Below, piece by piece: positions 23,997-37,710 of a stretch of DNA of 64,000 nt. Numbering within the stretch: the stretch's first letter is position 1; each line of letters starts with the position of its first letter. This DNA is from Octopus bimaculoides (lineage: Eukaryota), in the NCBI RefSeq assembly GCF_001194135.2, contig NC_068995.1, positions 15,711,328 to 15,775,327 of the forward strand, given 5' to 3'. The notes under the pieces were generated by a model, which was not told the DNA's origin, did not search any database, and saw only the letters and a list, made by a program, of their open reading frames with translations. Both the position numbers and the translations under genes were made by a program.

Positions 23997-24215
23997 AAGG
24001 TGACGAGCTGGCAAAAACGTTAGCACGCAGGACAAAATGCTTAGTGGTATTTCATCCGTTTTTACGTTTTGAGTTCAAATTCCGTGGAGGTGGACTATGC
24101 CCTTCATCCTTTCTAGGTCGATAAAATAAGTATCAGTTGAGCACTGGGGATGATATAATCGACTTACTCCTGCTCCGAAATCGCTGGCCTTGTGCCAAAA
24201 TTTGTAATCAATATT
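23997..24215 (+). mobile_element. SINE family 1 copy
   Basis: Matches 34410-34625. Confidence 0.85.
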
Positions 24216-24384
24216 TAGAAAACAGTGGTTTAGTGTGATCACTACACTGACGGACAAAATACCTTAAAACCGGCCCTGGCTATATTAGACCTGCCCATGA
24301 TGACGCGCAGTGTGACCGGACCTGAAATCACAGCCATGTCAGTGGAAATATATATATCGTTTGTCATATATTGGCGAACGATAC

Positions 24385-24606
24385 TGTTGTTGGCACTCCG
24401 TCGCTTACGACGTCGAGAGTTCCAGTTGAACCGATCAACGGAACAGCCTCCTCTTGAAATTAACGTGCAAGTGGCTGAGCACTCCACAGACACGTGTACC
24501 CTTAACGTAATTCTCGGGGATATTCAGCATGACACAGTGTGACAAGGCTGACTCTTTGAATTACAGGCACAACAGAAACAGGAAGTAATAGTGAGATAAA
24601 GTTGTG
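24385..24606 (-). mobile_element. SINE tail Y (head A body), running into a gap
   Basis: High-identity reverse complement of 39680-39900. Confidence 0.9.
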
Positions 24607-25467
24607 NNNNNNNNNNNNNNNNNNNNNNNNNNNNNNNNNNNNNNNNNNNNNNNNNNNNNNNNNNNNNNNNNNNNNNNNNNNNNNNNNNNNNNNNNNNNNN
24701 NNNNNNNNNNNNNNNNNNNNNNNNNNNNNNNNNNNNNNNNNNNNNNNNNNNNNNNNNNNNNNNNNNNNNNNNNNNNNNNNNNNNNNNNNNNNNNNNNNNN
24801 NNNNNNNNNNNNNNNNNNNNNNNNNNNNNNNNNNNNNNNNNNNNNNNNNNNNNNNNNNNNNNNNNNNNNNNNNNNNNNNNNNNNNNNNNNNNNNNNNNNN
24901 NNNNNNNNNNNNNNNNNNNNNNNNNNNNNNNNNNNNNNNNNNNNNNNNNNNNNNNNNNNNNNNNNNNNNNNNNNNNNNNNNNNNNNNNNNNNNNNNNNNN
25001 NNNNNNNNNNNNNNNNNNNNNNNNNNNNNNNNNNNNNNNNNNNNNNNNNNNNNNNNNNNNNNNNNNNNNNNNNNNNNNNNNNNNNNNNNNNNNNNNNNNN
25101 NNNNNNNNNNNNNNNNNNNNNNNNNNNNNNNNNNNNNNNNNNNNNNNNNNNNNNNNNNNNNNNNNNNNNNNNNNNNNNNNNNNNNNNNNNNNNNNNNNNN
25201 NNNNNNNNNNNNNNNNNNNNNNNNNNNNNNNNNNNNNNNNNNNNNNNNNNNNNNNNNNNNNNNNNNNNNNNNNNNNNNNNNNNNNNNNNNNNNNNNNNNN
25301 NNNNNNNNNNNNNNNNNNNNNNNNNNNNNNNNNNNNNNNNNNNNNNNNNNNNNNNNNNNNNNNNNNNNNNNNNNNNNNNNNNNNNNNNNNNNNNNNNNNN
25401 NNNNNNNNNNNNNNNNNNNNNNNNNNNNNNNNNNNNNNNNNNNNNNNNNNNNNNNNNNNNNNNNNNN
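24607..25467. other. Assembly gap (N run)
   Basis: Ns. Confidence 1.
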
Positions 25468-25508
<41 letters not shown>

Positions 25509-27211
25509 ATGTGTGTATATATATATATATAAATGCATCTGTTTATATATACAGACATGCTCACATATATACACATACATGCATACATACATATATATCT
25601 GTCTGTCTGTCTGTCTATCTACGCATTTTAAACACTAGTAAGTGGTTATATGGATATCATGAATAAACGAAAGATCACCCAATGCATTGTGTAATCTATA
25701 TTTATTACCATAAAGTTCATAGATATAATCACTTATAAGTGATTAAGATTCATGCGAAACTTGGACTTCATCAGCTGTATTTGATTCATTTTTCACTCAC
25801 ATTAGAACCTATTGCAGAAAAGCTTTTAGCATGAAACTTAAAGCCGTGGAATAGATGATATATTGGTGTATTATATCATAACATTAAAAATGATCATTTG
25901 TTTAAGGACTTCGTTTAGCAAACAAGTAGTTTTTCTAGTACAGCTGCTGTCTGATAACAAATACCGAAAGTTATAAGACAATATCTATCTGTCTCTCTAT
26001 CTGTCTACTTATGTATCTCTCCATCTTCGTATCTATCTATCTATATATCTGTTTATTCCCATGAGCGAAGATTTTTGCGTGTGTTTCACAATAAAACAAA
26101 TATAATTTTAATAAAACAAAATGTTGATTTCTACTACACTCAGTTTATTTTTACACGTTTGCACGTGACTAAATTTACTAAATGTTCCTAATGGTATTTA
26201 ACAACCTTTCAACAATAATAGTTTTCCAATTACGTACTAAATTAACCATCTCTGTCCTTGGAGTATATGATGGTTTTCCATTTCTCATTTTGAAATACCC
26301 CTGAAGCCTAAATGTTATTTTCTCGAAGTATCTCCAGACAATACTACTAACTACTTGCTGTTCAATAATATATTCCTGCTAAAGCAATTAATCCACATAT
26401 GTACAAATGACAAAAAAAAACCAAAAAAAAAACATCCACACTTTTTGTTTGTGTTTGTCACTCTCTCTTCCTCCCCCTGTCTCTCTCTCCTTCTCTCTGT
26501 CTTTTTCTTCTACACATGCAAAAATACATAAGATTTATTCTTTTCTATTATAACTGAACAGACAACGAAACTTGAATAAAAATAAACTAATATATTAAGT
26601 ATGTCTCTTTTTTTTATGTTTGTCCCACACCACTGCTTAACAACCGGTGGTGCTGTGTTTGTATCCCCATAAATTAACATTTTAGGAAAAGAAACTGATA
26701 GAGTAATTAAGGAAGAAAAATGCACATATAATTAAGGAAGAAAAATACACACATTTTACATAGTACTCATATATTTTTAGATATATTTTTATACTGTGTT
26801 TGTCGGCCGGTTTCGCTTTCGCTAATAAATGCCTCGTATTTATGTGTTAATCTTGGCTTTTCCGCTGATGATAGCCGACCTTACAAAATATTTCATTTTG
26901 CTAAAAATAGCTTGAAACCATGGCCCGGAAAATAGATGGTAAATGTTTTTATTTTTCATTCCCTTTCGAAATTATCCCTAATTGTGGTTTGGAGTATTGA
27001 CTGCTTCTTCTAGCGGGTTAGATGTCCTATAATAGACATCTCTCTGACGTGTTTAAAAGTACACTATGTATTTATATGAATAATATATAGTCTATTGACT
27101 AGTTTTTTCTTCTCACTAGACCACTAGTAGCAAATAGAATTTCTAAAATTTTTTGCTGCCCTGAGATTTATTAATATATATATGTATATACATAACTGCG
27201 TGCGCGTGCGC

Positions 27212-27253
<42 letters not shown>

Positions 27254-28411
27254 NNNNNNNNNNACATACATACATATTTATATATATACGAGTGTAAAAT
27301 GATAGATTTTAAAGAACCTTCGGATGCAGACATAAAAATGTTAAAACATCAGTGTATAGGTAAACATATTGGAGAATGTCTGAAGTGGTGTCGGAAACGA
27401 ACTAAAAGATAGGAGGAGCGAAGGTAAAATTCAGGATAGTTAAAATTAGTTAAATTCATCCCAAATTTTATCCTTCGTTGTATCTTTTATTTCGTTTCCC
27501 TCACCACTTCAGACTTTCTCCAATATTTTTACCTAAACACGCAGGTCTTAAATTTTTTATGTCTTCATCCGAAGATTCTTTAAAATCTCTTACTTTACAC
27601 ATATTTTTAATAAATTCATTTACTTGTAGATTTAAAAAAATGTCTGTATTTATATATATTTAGTCTATCATGTACATTTGTCTTTTAAATCCATTTCTAA
27701 TCGGAGTCATGTTTGCGAATTGAATAACCAGGTCTATTGTTTCTTCACATTACATATTTATATCTTTCGTCTCAAGTTACTCTTGAGCATCTCTAAGTCC
27801 AAACCTCTACATTGTGAAAGAATTTCTAATCAATTTTCTTTTTCAAAACAATTATATATGAGCGTGTGTATGGAGCGAGCGAGATTGAGAGATAATGAGA
27901 GAGAGATAGAGAGAAAGATAGAGAGAGAAGGAGCGACAGAGAGATAAAGATACATATCCATAAATATACATATATGAGTGATAGGTAATACAGGCATAAT
28001 TATATGTAAGGATGGTTTTGAAAATATACCGCTATGTTGAGATAATAAATTGCAATAGTCCAAAACACGTGATTACATGAAATATGATATGAACTATATC
28101 AGTTGTCTGTCTGACTCCATCTCAAAGTTAAACTACAAAGATATATTAGTTACCACATTACGAGGATTCTGTATATCGGTAAGAGTTTAAATACGTTCTT
28201 AACTTCTAGTAGATAGCATTAGTTTACTTTGTCGTGCTTCAGTCTTTTTCCTCGAGACAGTTCAATTGTTGCAGAGAAGAATAGATCAATAGTACCAATT
28301 AGGCATTGCTGAAAGCAAGTTATTTCGAAAGGTTAAGCAACAAAGTCTATTTCGATAGTTTTTTTCTTTTTCTTTTTGCTTTACTGTGCTGGAGAACAAT
28401 TTTTGAAATTC

Positions 28412-28540
28412 CTAGCAGGATACCCAGCGTTTCCCGGGAAATAAAATACTCTGTATGTGTCCAATTTGTTGAAAGAGAATTATGGTAATTCTGGTGGAAT
28501 TTATTCTTCCAGGCACAATGTTTATATTCTTTATAATAGA
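28412..28540 (-). mobile_element. Possible ~130-bp non-autonomous Helitron
   Basis: Minus strand begins TCTATTATAAAG and ends CCCGGGAAACGCTGGGTATCCTGCTAG, like the 3' end of 2250-3180. The flanking A/T bases are not conserved. Confidence 0.45.
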
Positions 28541-29054
28541 AATACATGGTTCATTTGATTTTGTAAAGTTTTTGCTTACGTTTCAATAAGCTGTTATAAT
28601 AGGCAATAACCACAAAGGTATTCTGGCCGTAACGATCTAATCAATATATATTTTAATTACAGACAATATGCGTAAAATATAGGTCGATATAGAATAAACT
28701 TAATATCGCCTAATATATGAATAATCTATAGAAAATATATAACGTTTATTTATATATAATAAATGGTAAATTCACTAAAGTGTCGGCCTTGTAGACTTTT
28801 CTTTTACGTGTTTTAACATTCGGTAATCAAACACTACGGAGGTCATCTTTGCCTTTCATCCTTGCGAATTGGTTATGCTAAGCACTAGGTAAGTATTGGT
28901 GTCGATTTAAATAACTCGCTTACTCTCCAAAATTTCGGCATTGTGTCTATGTTAGAAAAATATATGAATATTTGTACATAGACATATGAAAGTCAGAATG
29001 ATGATGGTAGCAGAGGACACTGAAAATGAAAACCCTTGTTTTCCTAGCTACATT

Positions 29055-29135
29055 ATATCTGAAAGAAAACTGGGCGGTTACGACCGAAATACCATTATGT
29101 TATCTCCTATTAAAGTGGATAATTGAAACAAGTGC

Positions 29136-29171
<36 letters not shown>

Positions 29172-29320
29172 NNNNNNNNNNNNNNNNNNNNNNNNNNNNN
29201 NNNNNNNNNNNNNNNNNNNNNNNNNNNATCTGTTTATCACCCCATGAGACATATCTGTACTACCGGATGCTCATGAACCAGTTTAGTGTCCTACCTGTGA
29301 GGGATTGATGCTAGATGTGT
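29055..29320 (-). mobile_element. SINE family 3 fragment spanning a gap
   Basis: Degenerate reverse-complement match. Confidence 0.55.
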
Positions 29321-29455
29321 CGAAACAATTGTTGTGATTAATAATAACTTCTCGTATATTCCATCTTCCGTCTATCATTTATCATATATATATATAATCG
29401 AAACTGTGCCGGCACCTTACTCATCTTCCATTTATACATTTTGTACAATTTCTCC

Positions 29456-29504
<49 letters not shown>

Positions 29505-29507
29505 CGT

Positions 29508-29738
29508 GGTACTTTGTCAGTTATGACGTCGAGGGTTGCAGTTGATCTGATCAACGGAACAGCCTGCTCATAAATTTAACGTGCAAGTGGTTGAGCACTC
29601 CGCAGCGGCATTTATCCTTAACGTAGTTCACGGTGAGGTTCAGCGTGACACAGAGTTTGACAAGGCTGGCCTTTGAAATACAGGTAGAATAGAAACAGGA
29701 AGAAAGAGTGAGAGAAAGTTGTGGTGAAAGAGGACAGC
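29508..29738 (-). mobile_element. SINE tail Y / head A body fragment
   Basis: Reverse complement of 39665-39890. Confidence 0.88.
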
Positions 29739-30119
29739 GGAAAGACTAAATGGACATTTGAGACAATAAGACGACAAAAACAATCCTCCATACTCTATTC
29801 AACATGCCAAGGACCAACATGGAGGCAACCTGGGTCACCTTGACATCTGCATTTTATCCATGCACCAAAAGAACCCAACACTCAGACAAATACAGGATAC
29901 GTCCTCATAAATGAAACATTCCCAGTACTAAATAGGAAATATACGTAGTAGGTAATCATACCCCGATACCCACAGTTTATATTTGTATACAGGCAGATCA
30001 GTTAGTGGACTGTTAAGTAGATGTGTGAGTGCGTATATATGCATACGTATATGAATGTGCACATGTAGGGAAATGGATATGAATGTAAACAGATAGACAT
30101 AAAGACGGATAGGTACATA

Positions 30120-30460
30120 AGTAATATGATCAGACAAGCACACATGCACACACATACGCAAATGAAAACTGAAACACGTGACCATTACACTCGTACTTCA
30201 CAGAAGGACACATATGGAGAAACACATCCATACATACAGCCACAGTACATAGTCACAAAAGCCCACGCACAGACACACTCAGATATGTACACACAAGGAG
30301 ACAGAGGTACACACACACACACACAGAAAAACGAACACACAAATACATGAATATATACATACGCATACACACATACATACACTTGCATGCATAAATGCAT
30401 ACATACATACATACATGTGTATGCGCACGCACACTGACCAACACACATGCGTGTGTTAAA
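30120..30460. repeat. Degenerate (CA/TA)-rich low-complexity tract
   Basis: Direct reading. Confidence 0.8.
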
Positions 30461-30919
30461 TAATAAGGCACTAAAAGAGAATGACTCTCCCCAGACAACA
30501 AAATATGCTTCAAAACACGAACTCACACAAAGAATCTTGCAAACCAAATCCCAAAACAAAGTATACATATATATCATCGTTATTATCATTTTTTAAGCAA
30601 GCTACTGCTTGTATGACAGCGACAATCATTTACAACTACCGTGTGATGCCAAGACAAAGAGATATAGAAGATAAAATGAAGTAGGTGAGACAAGAAGAAA
30701 CGCATAGGACTGAAAATCGCTGAAGAGGTCACAGAATGTGTGGCAAAAGAAAGCTGACAAAGAAACTAAAAAAATAAATTTTTGAGGTAATTTATTAAAA
30801 TTTACATTTTATAAAGAAATATAATATTTATTCACTTATCATGCAGAAAGACAACTTTCTAGTGGAAAATAGAAGTGAAAAATAGAAGTGGAAACATTTT
30901 TCGTTTAGCGTTTTGTTTA

Positions 30920-31255
30920 TTCTTTTATTTGTTTCAGTCTTTGGATTGCGGTCATGCTGGGGCACCGACATGATGGCTTTAGTCGAACAAGTCGACTTCA
31001 GGAATTATATTTTTCAGTGTTCTAAATATGTTCCTCTATCGGAAGCTTTTGCTGAAGCACTAGTTTATGAGCACATAAACAAACCAAAACCCGTTATCAA
31101 ACATACGCGCGCAAGCACACACACACACACCGGCTTCTACAGTGTTACACTGCATCTGATTCACTAAGCAATGGTCGGTCAAGCTCTACACTAGAAAACA
31201 CTCACTTATGGAGCCCCGCAATGATACTAAACTCGAAAGAACGAAGCTAACGTGT
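30920..31255 (-). mobile_element. SINE family 3 copy
   Basis: TTGTTTCAGTC..TGCGGTCATGCTGGGGCACCG..TTAGTCGAAC reverse-complement tail and degenerate head. Confidence 0.7.
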
Positions 31256-31869
31256 TAACAAAGCTAACGCCTGCTGCGTAGTTAAAACACCTATGTTTAA
31301 CGCAAAATGAGTTATTTACGAGAAATTTAAGAGCAAACTGACCTTGCTTTGGAAGTTCACTAATTTGTATCTGTTGAATACAATTTATTTCACTGTAGTT
31401 TTCATCGTGTATTTCATATATAAGTATCTTTGTACACTATAAGCGGTATATCTACATAAAGTAGATTGTAAATATATAATGATCGTATCTTAGATGACAA
31501 TCATTAAACGCGGGAAGCTAAATTATTAGTCTCCTTATTAATAATTGCTTATAATTTTGTATTTGTTTATATCCGTTTAAAGTGATCAAAAGATCGTTTT
31601 AGTGCGTAATTACCATACTTAGTAATTATATATGTGTATATTAAGCTAAATTCTAGAAAACCGGAAAATACAGATGTCTGATTCACTTTAAACGCTTTCG
31701 TACTGTATTATATCAATGCCTTTCAATCATTTATGATTCAGGTATTTAGGAATTTGGAAGTTTTTACTTTGCAGTATCTATTTTTATTTTATTTCTCATT
31801 AACGTTCAAGCGAGACGATATTTAATGAACGAACATCGATTGAAGACTTGCAATATACCGCTTCCATAA

Positions 31870-32300
31870 CACACATACACGCACATTTATATATAAACAT
31901 ATACATATATACACACATATATATATAGATAGATACATATATATATATATATATATATAGATACATATAAATAGATAGATACATACATATATATACACAT
32001 ATATACACACATATATACACATATATACATATTTACACACATATATACAAACATACACATATGCATAAAAACATATATACACACATATATACATATGTAT
32101 ATGTGTGTGTATATGTATATACATATGTATATATGTATGTATGTATATATATATATATATATATATACATACATAAATATATATATACATACATAAATAT
32201 ACGTACATATGCATACAAATATTCATGCATATATACATATACACATAAATATAGATACATACTTACATATAAATATATATGAGAGTATGTGTGTGTTTGT
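31870..32300. repeat. Complex (TA/CA)n microsatellite
   Basis: Direct reading. Confidence 0.9.
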
Positions 32301-32344
32301 GGGGGGGGGAGCGTTAATGGTCATAAAAACTAATCCAAAGATAA

Positions 32345-33180
32345 TTAATTGGGAGGGTGAAATGAATGCCAGAATTTCAGGTGCAGGCACAGGAAAGCAC
32401 CATTTTCAGCATTCTATCCTCAGAATGCGGTTTTTGTGCTTATCCTTGCGAAGGCATGTGGCCTCGGGGTTAGGGTATTCGGCTCATGATCGTAAGGTGG
32501 TGAGTTCGGTTCCTGACGGCGCGTTTTGTCCTTGAGTCTGACACTTCATTTCACGTAGCTCCTGTCCACTCAGCTGGTAAAAATGATTTTCACCTGTAAT
32601 TCAAAAAGTCCAGCCTTGTCACATTCTGTGTCACGCTGAATCTTCTTGATAACTACGCTAAGGGTATGCGTGTCTGTAGAGTGCTCAATCGCTTGCGTGT
32701 TAATTTCACGAGCACGCCGGTCGTTGATCGGGTCATACATCGAAGTAACCGACGGAGCCCCAGTTATGTTCTTATCCTTACGTATGGTCATAATTGCTGG
32801 GTAATGACAGAAAGCGTACGATTGCGAATATAAGCGGCCGAAATGGGTTTCTTCTGTAGAACCTCTGGACAGAATGCGTAGTTCGGAGATCAGAGAGTCT
32901 CTCCAGAACAAACCACTATTTTTTTCGCGCACCGAGAGATCACATCAACGCTACTACGTGCATGTGGTTAGGATACTGTTGGAAAAGATCGCAATGCAGA
33001 TTTTTCAAACCGTGCCAACCAGCAGAATACACAGACATAGATGAAGAACAAGATGGTTGGATAACACCCACAATCTCACTTAGTCACACTTGGGAATCCA
33101 GCAAGAAAGTATAATGGTGGTTGATTCTGATATGGCTCTTAGGAAGAGGCGCCTGTAGATTGTTCTCGAGAGTAGTGGAT
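32345..33180 (+). mobile_element. RTE-clade (Expander/Rex3-like) LINE 3' fragment interrupted by a SINE
   Basis: Translation EGEMNARISGAG.. / LTYGHNCWVMTESVRLRI*AAEMGFFCRTSG / RTERSHQRYYVHVVR / RTRWLDNTHNLT*SHLGIQ matches the LTYGHExWVMTER..IQAAEM..RR and GRPRTRW..LGI motifs of RTE RT C-termini. Confidence 0.85.
32451..32766 (+). mobile_element. tRNA-derived SINE, head B + tail Y, nested in the RTE fragment
   Basis: 16-bp TSD TGTGCTTATCCTTGCG (32435-50) / TGTTCTTATCCTTACG (32767-82); head as at 5806, tail as at 39720-39900. Confidence 0.88.
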
Positions 33181-33469
33181 TGCGTTAATGGACGGAGGGA
33201 TAAAGTCATTATAAAACGTTTATGAAACTTTTGTGTTATACAGATTAAAATTGACGAAGCTAGTTGCGCATGTATGATATCACGATTCTGCCAATGCGGC
33301 GAGTTAATTTATCACCCTTATAAGCAGGCACACACGTATATACATTATATATATATATAAACAGGATTTGACGTATCTCGGGAGTTTCATAATGCCAATA
33401 ATTATCGTTGACATTATGACACTCGCCAGATACAACAAAATCTGTTTCAACATACGTGTTCACATTAGG

Positions 33470-33610
33470 AATTATGGCTGTGCGGTGAGAATTTTGCTAC
33501 CCAGTCACATTGTTCCTGGTTTAGTTCCACTTCGTGGACCCTTGGGCATGTGTCTTCTACCACATCGTAGAGCCATCTAAAGCCTTGTAAGTGGATTTGG
33601 TAGAAGCCCT
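33470..33610 (+). mobile_element. SINE family 3 5' fragment
   Basis: Head C and CCTTGGGCATGTGTCTTCTAC. Confidence 0.75.
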
Positions 33611-33729
33611 TCAGAAATCATATATATATAACAAAAGAGGAGGTTTATTTTCACGCAGGAAATAAACTGCTGGTCATCAGCCAAAATTGGAAACCTTTAT
33701 TATTATTATTATTATTATTTATTATTACT

Positions 33730-33945
33730 AAATGCAGCCAGTTAGCAAAAGCATTAGGATGACGGGTGAAATGCTTCGCGGCATTTCGCCTGTCCTTATA
33801 TTCTGAGTTCAAATCCCACCGAAGTCGATTTTGCTTTTCATTCTTTCGGGGTAGATAAATTAAGTACCAGTGAAACAAATGGGTCGATATAATGGACTAT
33901 CCCCCCTCTCCGCAAATTTCAGGGCTTGTACCTATTGTAGACGAC
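33730..33945 (+). mobile_element. SINE family 1 copy
   Basis: Consensus match. Confidence 0.85.
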
Positions 33946-34409
33946 TATTATTATTATTGTTTGTTAGGCAAAGATTTAAAAAGCATAATTTGTAGAAGGC
34001 CAGACAACATGCCTATCGTTGTTAGAAATCATTATTCAATTATTTATATATGTTACGATAAATATTTATCAAAAGTGGTAACAATAAAATATCTTATTCA
34101 AAATCTATCATTTGTAAATTAACAAAATATGTTGTTTCGAATAAACATTTACTGCAGTAAAACTACAATATTTAATTTCATTGTTATTGTTTTTTGCTAC
34201 ACTAAATATCCGGAAATAAATGGCTGATTCATTTCTAGCACAGCATTAACATATAGCTTCGTTTGCCACTGATTCGTTCATCACTGCTCCGGAATAGCAA
34301 AGTCACGCTTACTACGGATTGGTTTGTGATATAACTTTCCAGAAAAATGTATGCCCCATCGGTGGTTGAACAATAAAAACCAACTTTATTTTTAATATTT
34401 TATCACAAT

Positions 34410-34625
34410 GTAGGGCGGCGAGCTGGCAGAAATTTTAGCACGTCTGGCAAAATACTTAGCGGCATTTCGTCCGTCGCTAAGTTCTGAGTTCAAATTCCGC
34501 CGAGGTCGACTTTGCCTTTCATCCTCTCAGGGTCGATAAAATAAGTACCAATTGATCACCAAGGTTGATGTAACCGACTCAACCCCTTCCCCAAAATTTC
34601 CGGCCTTGTGTCAAAATTTGAAACC
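34410..34625 (+). mobile_element. Full-length SINE family 1 (reference copy)
   Basis: GGGCGGCGAGCTGGCAGAA..GAGTTCAAATTCC (A/B-box-like), central CTTTGCCTTTCATCC..GGTCGATAAAATAAGTACC. 16-bp TSD AATATTTTATCACAAT / AATATATTATCACAAT (34394-409, 34626-641). Confidence 0.92.
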
Positions 34626-34779
34626 AATATATTATCACAATTATTTAATACAAAAGAATCTACCGGTAACTCTTTTATTAAGCACAGAGCACAAAAACAG
34701 TACATTATAGACTAAGGAAAAAAAAGAGAACTGTGTCTGGTAACTCCGTCAGCAAGCCTCACCACAGTTTTCCCCGGCC

Positions 34780-35000
34780 CCACTATTGGGGCGTACGCTG
34801 CACGTTGTGAATCACTTCTCTACAAGAAAAGGTAAGAAAATACGTGGCTGTCAAATCTTTGCTACAGTGAGGCGCAAGTTTGGTGTAAGTGAATCTAGCA
34901 TTCGTTCTATTTACGAAGTTCGTGGACAGAATTCACTTATTTATTCATTTAACACTAATTATTCTTTGGGAAACAAACCCCCGTGATAAACGAGGATAGG
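34780..35000 (+). mobile_element. Possible Tigger-type remnant
   Basis: FATVRRKFGVSESSIRSI resembles the Tigger/CENP-B HTH; downstream AAACCCCCGTGATAAACGAGG resembles the subterminal end of the Tigger MITE. Confidence 0.4.
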
Positions 35001-35249
35001 TGTTTTAGTGTAGGATATATGCGAGGAACGAAGGTGACACAGACAAAACAACATCACATCACACCATACTCAATCACACACTGGGTGTGTGATGGTGTAT
35101 TATTCTCGTAGCTGGTTGCTAGGGAAGCGTTCACGTGACATCTAAACTGCCGTGGACGATTGTGTAGAATCATTGTGATTTAGCAGTGTTATAGTACTGT
35201 GTGAGGATCGTGTAGAATGTTACTGTATGAAATATGTTAATGAATTGAA

Positions 35250-35350
35250 ATACCGCGCGGAAAATTGGGTAAGTGCCATCTACGATAGCCCCTGACCTAC
35301 CAATGTCTGGTGAGCGAATTTGGTAGACGGAAATTGTGTAGAAGTCAATC

Positions 35351-35382
<32 letters not shown>

Positions 35383-35590
35383 ATGTGTGTGTGTTGGGTT
35401 CACCCCCTATCGCTTGACGATCGGTGTTGGTTTGTTTATCTCCTCATAACTTAGCGGTTCAGTAAAAAAAAAATACGGACAAAATAATTCCCGAAGATAA
35501 AAAGTAGATTAAGTATTAGGCTCGATTTCTTCGTCTGAAACCCTTCAAAACCATTGCCATTGTCTGATGACTGAAGCAAGTAAAATACAA
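35250..35590 (+). mobile_element. SINE family 3 copy
   Basis: Consensus match (TTTGGTAGACGGAAATTG..CGCTTGACGATCGGTGTTGG..CTTAGCGGTTC). Confidence 0.75.
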
Positions 35591-36149
35591 GATATATCTT
35601 GTTCCTACTTTTCTTTAGAGTATGTGTAACCTTTTGAGATATGAAATGAGGTTTGTATTTATGTTATGTACTTTATTCTGTCAAAGCCAAAGCGCAAATT
35701 ATTATTGGCACCGTTTCATGTATCATACTAAAAAATCTTGTGCATTTCAATTTTGAAGTCGTATATAAATAGTATTTGAAATTCCTTTCGGGTGATGTTT
35801 TGGTCGGAAGAGATAGAAATATCAATCATAGTACATAAATTTTTCTTTCTTTTTCAACCGACATTAAAATCGCTTATGTCTCTGATGTACACTATGATTT
35901 TACTCTCATCCAAAAAAAGACGTTTGAGAACAATTTATCCAACTTTAGCCCTATTCGATGCATGTTTTTATAATTTCTTTTCAGTTTTGATATGAAAAGA
36001 TCAGTATTATTGCCATATAGATATTGCTACTTACATGTATGTCGATATATTGTATGTGAAAATGTATGAAATGAGACCACAGTAACAATGATATCAATCC
36101 TCTATTTTCGTTATTGCATTTTATTAGCTATAACAGCAAAGCATAAAAT

Positions 36150-37450
36150 CAAACTTTCTCTCTATGCCTTCAGTCCAGAGTTTATTTTAAAGTCTGTTGT
36201 CTTTCTTATTAGCTGAATTCAGCACTGTACAATCACGGAGGATACTATTCACGAAGTTTTTTTTCTCTCCGTTTTAATTTCCTCGGGCATTTTTTGAAAT
36301 TACCCTTCAATCTTATCTCTTCTTTTGCATACTTTCCTCTGCTTTATCGTTAGTATCTTCACATTGGTGTTTAATTTAGCTTTCAATTTATCTTCTGTCC
36401 CCTTATACCGTTTGGTTATTTTGTTCCCAGTGTGTATTTGCTTACTTCTACATATTTTCGAGACAACGTATACTGGCTATGTAATATTCTCTAATTGTAT
36501 TAGCTCCTTTCCTTTCTGCAGATGTGATATTTATATCCTATTTGGGATATAACGGTTTGAGCTTTAGGATATCCTGTTAGGAATGCAGAGCGTAGATTTC
36601 TAGTTTTCATATATTCTTCAATTCCCTTAACATACAATTTATTATAGCGAAACTGTAGATTATTATTGGAATGGGTACTATATTTAAATATAAAATCTTA
36701 TTTCTGACATTGAGTGAGGTTTTAAATATTCGTTTCACTTTTGTATATTAATATTTTCTAATTTTCTCCTTGGTTTCTGCCTCTTATACCTTATCAGTTT
36801 CATCTATTCATAAGTACATGTATGGGTGCTTTTGTTCACATTCTCTTATTTCACTACTTAACGCTAACTTAATATTTTGGGCTTCGGTTTAGGGTAGTTT
36901 TGGCACGCTTGTCTAAATCCATTTTCATTTAATAATACAGTTGAATTCGTAAAGTTTCAGTTGGTTCAGCGTCTAGGTGTTGTCTCTTGTGAATAGTTTG
37001 AAATCCACCACATGCAGGACATATTTTATAGTTTGGTCACAATATGTATAATCACTGGTGGCTAGATTCAGATTTGTTAATAGAGTTAGATGTACACTCA
37101 AGAGAAGTGAGAAAAATATCTCCTTGAAAATTCTGTCCTCTGAAACTAAGGACGGCATTTGATACTTTATTATACTATATTGTTATTGAGGTTTACAGAG
37201 TTTCCCATGGCGTAATTGATACACGGCCCAAGATTTAGAATTGTATTTTTATGTACATTGTTTCTAATAAGCAGGAGTATGGCAAATTGCTGAATGGTTT
37301 TCTAGGTTGAATCAAATCTTGTCATGACGACATTTTCATTTAGTTTTTCTAATACTTTCAATAACTGCTCCAATTACCCATAGTACTTCTTTGCATGAAT
37401 AAAACACTTCCGATACTCTTTCTGCTCCACTAACAAGTTATTATTATCTT
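36150..37450 (-). mobile_element. Fossil R4/Dong-like LINE RT region
   Basis: Minus: RIF(QGD)..SLLL..IKYVLHVVDFKLFTR / LDKRA / PYMYL*IDE..KEKIRKY*YTKVKRIFKTSLNVRNKI, consistent with R4-clade FQGDSLSPLL, ISHLLYMDDLKL, YKYLGI, KEKI..EY..RV..ILKT.LN..NKI; many stops and frameshifts. Confidence 0.75.
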
Positions 37451-37509
37451 CCAGAGGAACAACCAACATATTCCATGCCATTGATATCACTAAATGTCTC
37501 GGGAAATGA

Positions 37510-37710
37510 CGGCAAGACGGATACGAGCCGAACTAACTGACGAGAAATCTAGGGATAGACCTAGGATAGGTTGGTTGGATGATATCTATAGTTTCAAATG
37601 GTCAGACTTGGGAATCCAGCAAGTGTAATGACGGTTGTTTCGGATAATACCCAATGGAGGAAATGCCTAAGTTTTCTACCTCAACGTCCCTCCCAGGAAT
37701 AGAAAGTAGC
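37510..37710 (+). mobile_element. RTE LINE extreme 3' fragment
   Basis: KSRDRPRIGWLDDIYSFKWSDLGIQQ..DNTQWRKCL..LPQRPSQE*; same family as 33030-33180. Confidence 0.7.

Noticed and set aside
24524-25666. 300-354 aa ORFs (also 55866-56639, 23058-23594, 5538-5935)
   Set aside because: Read-through of N gaps and (TA)n repeats.
29740-29960. LDICILS..TGYVLI resembling a LINE endonuclease N-terminus
   Set aside because: Only two short motifs in different frames; insufficient support.
35073-35093. Perfect 9-bp hairpin ATCACACAC-TGG-GTGTGTGAT
   Set aside because: Explained by adjacent CA and GT microsatellite-like tracts; expected by chance here.
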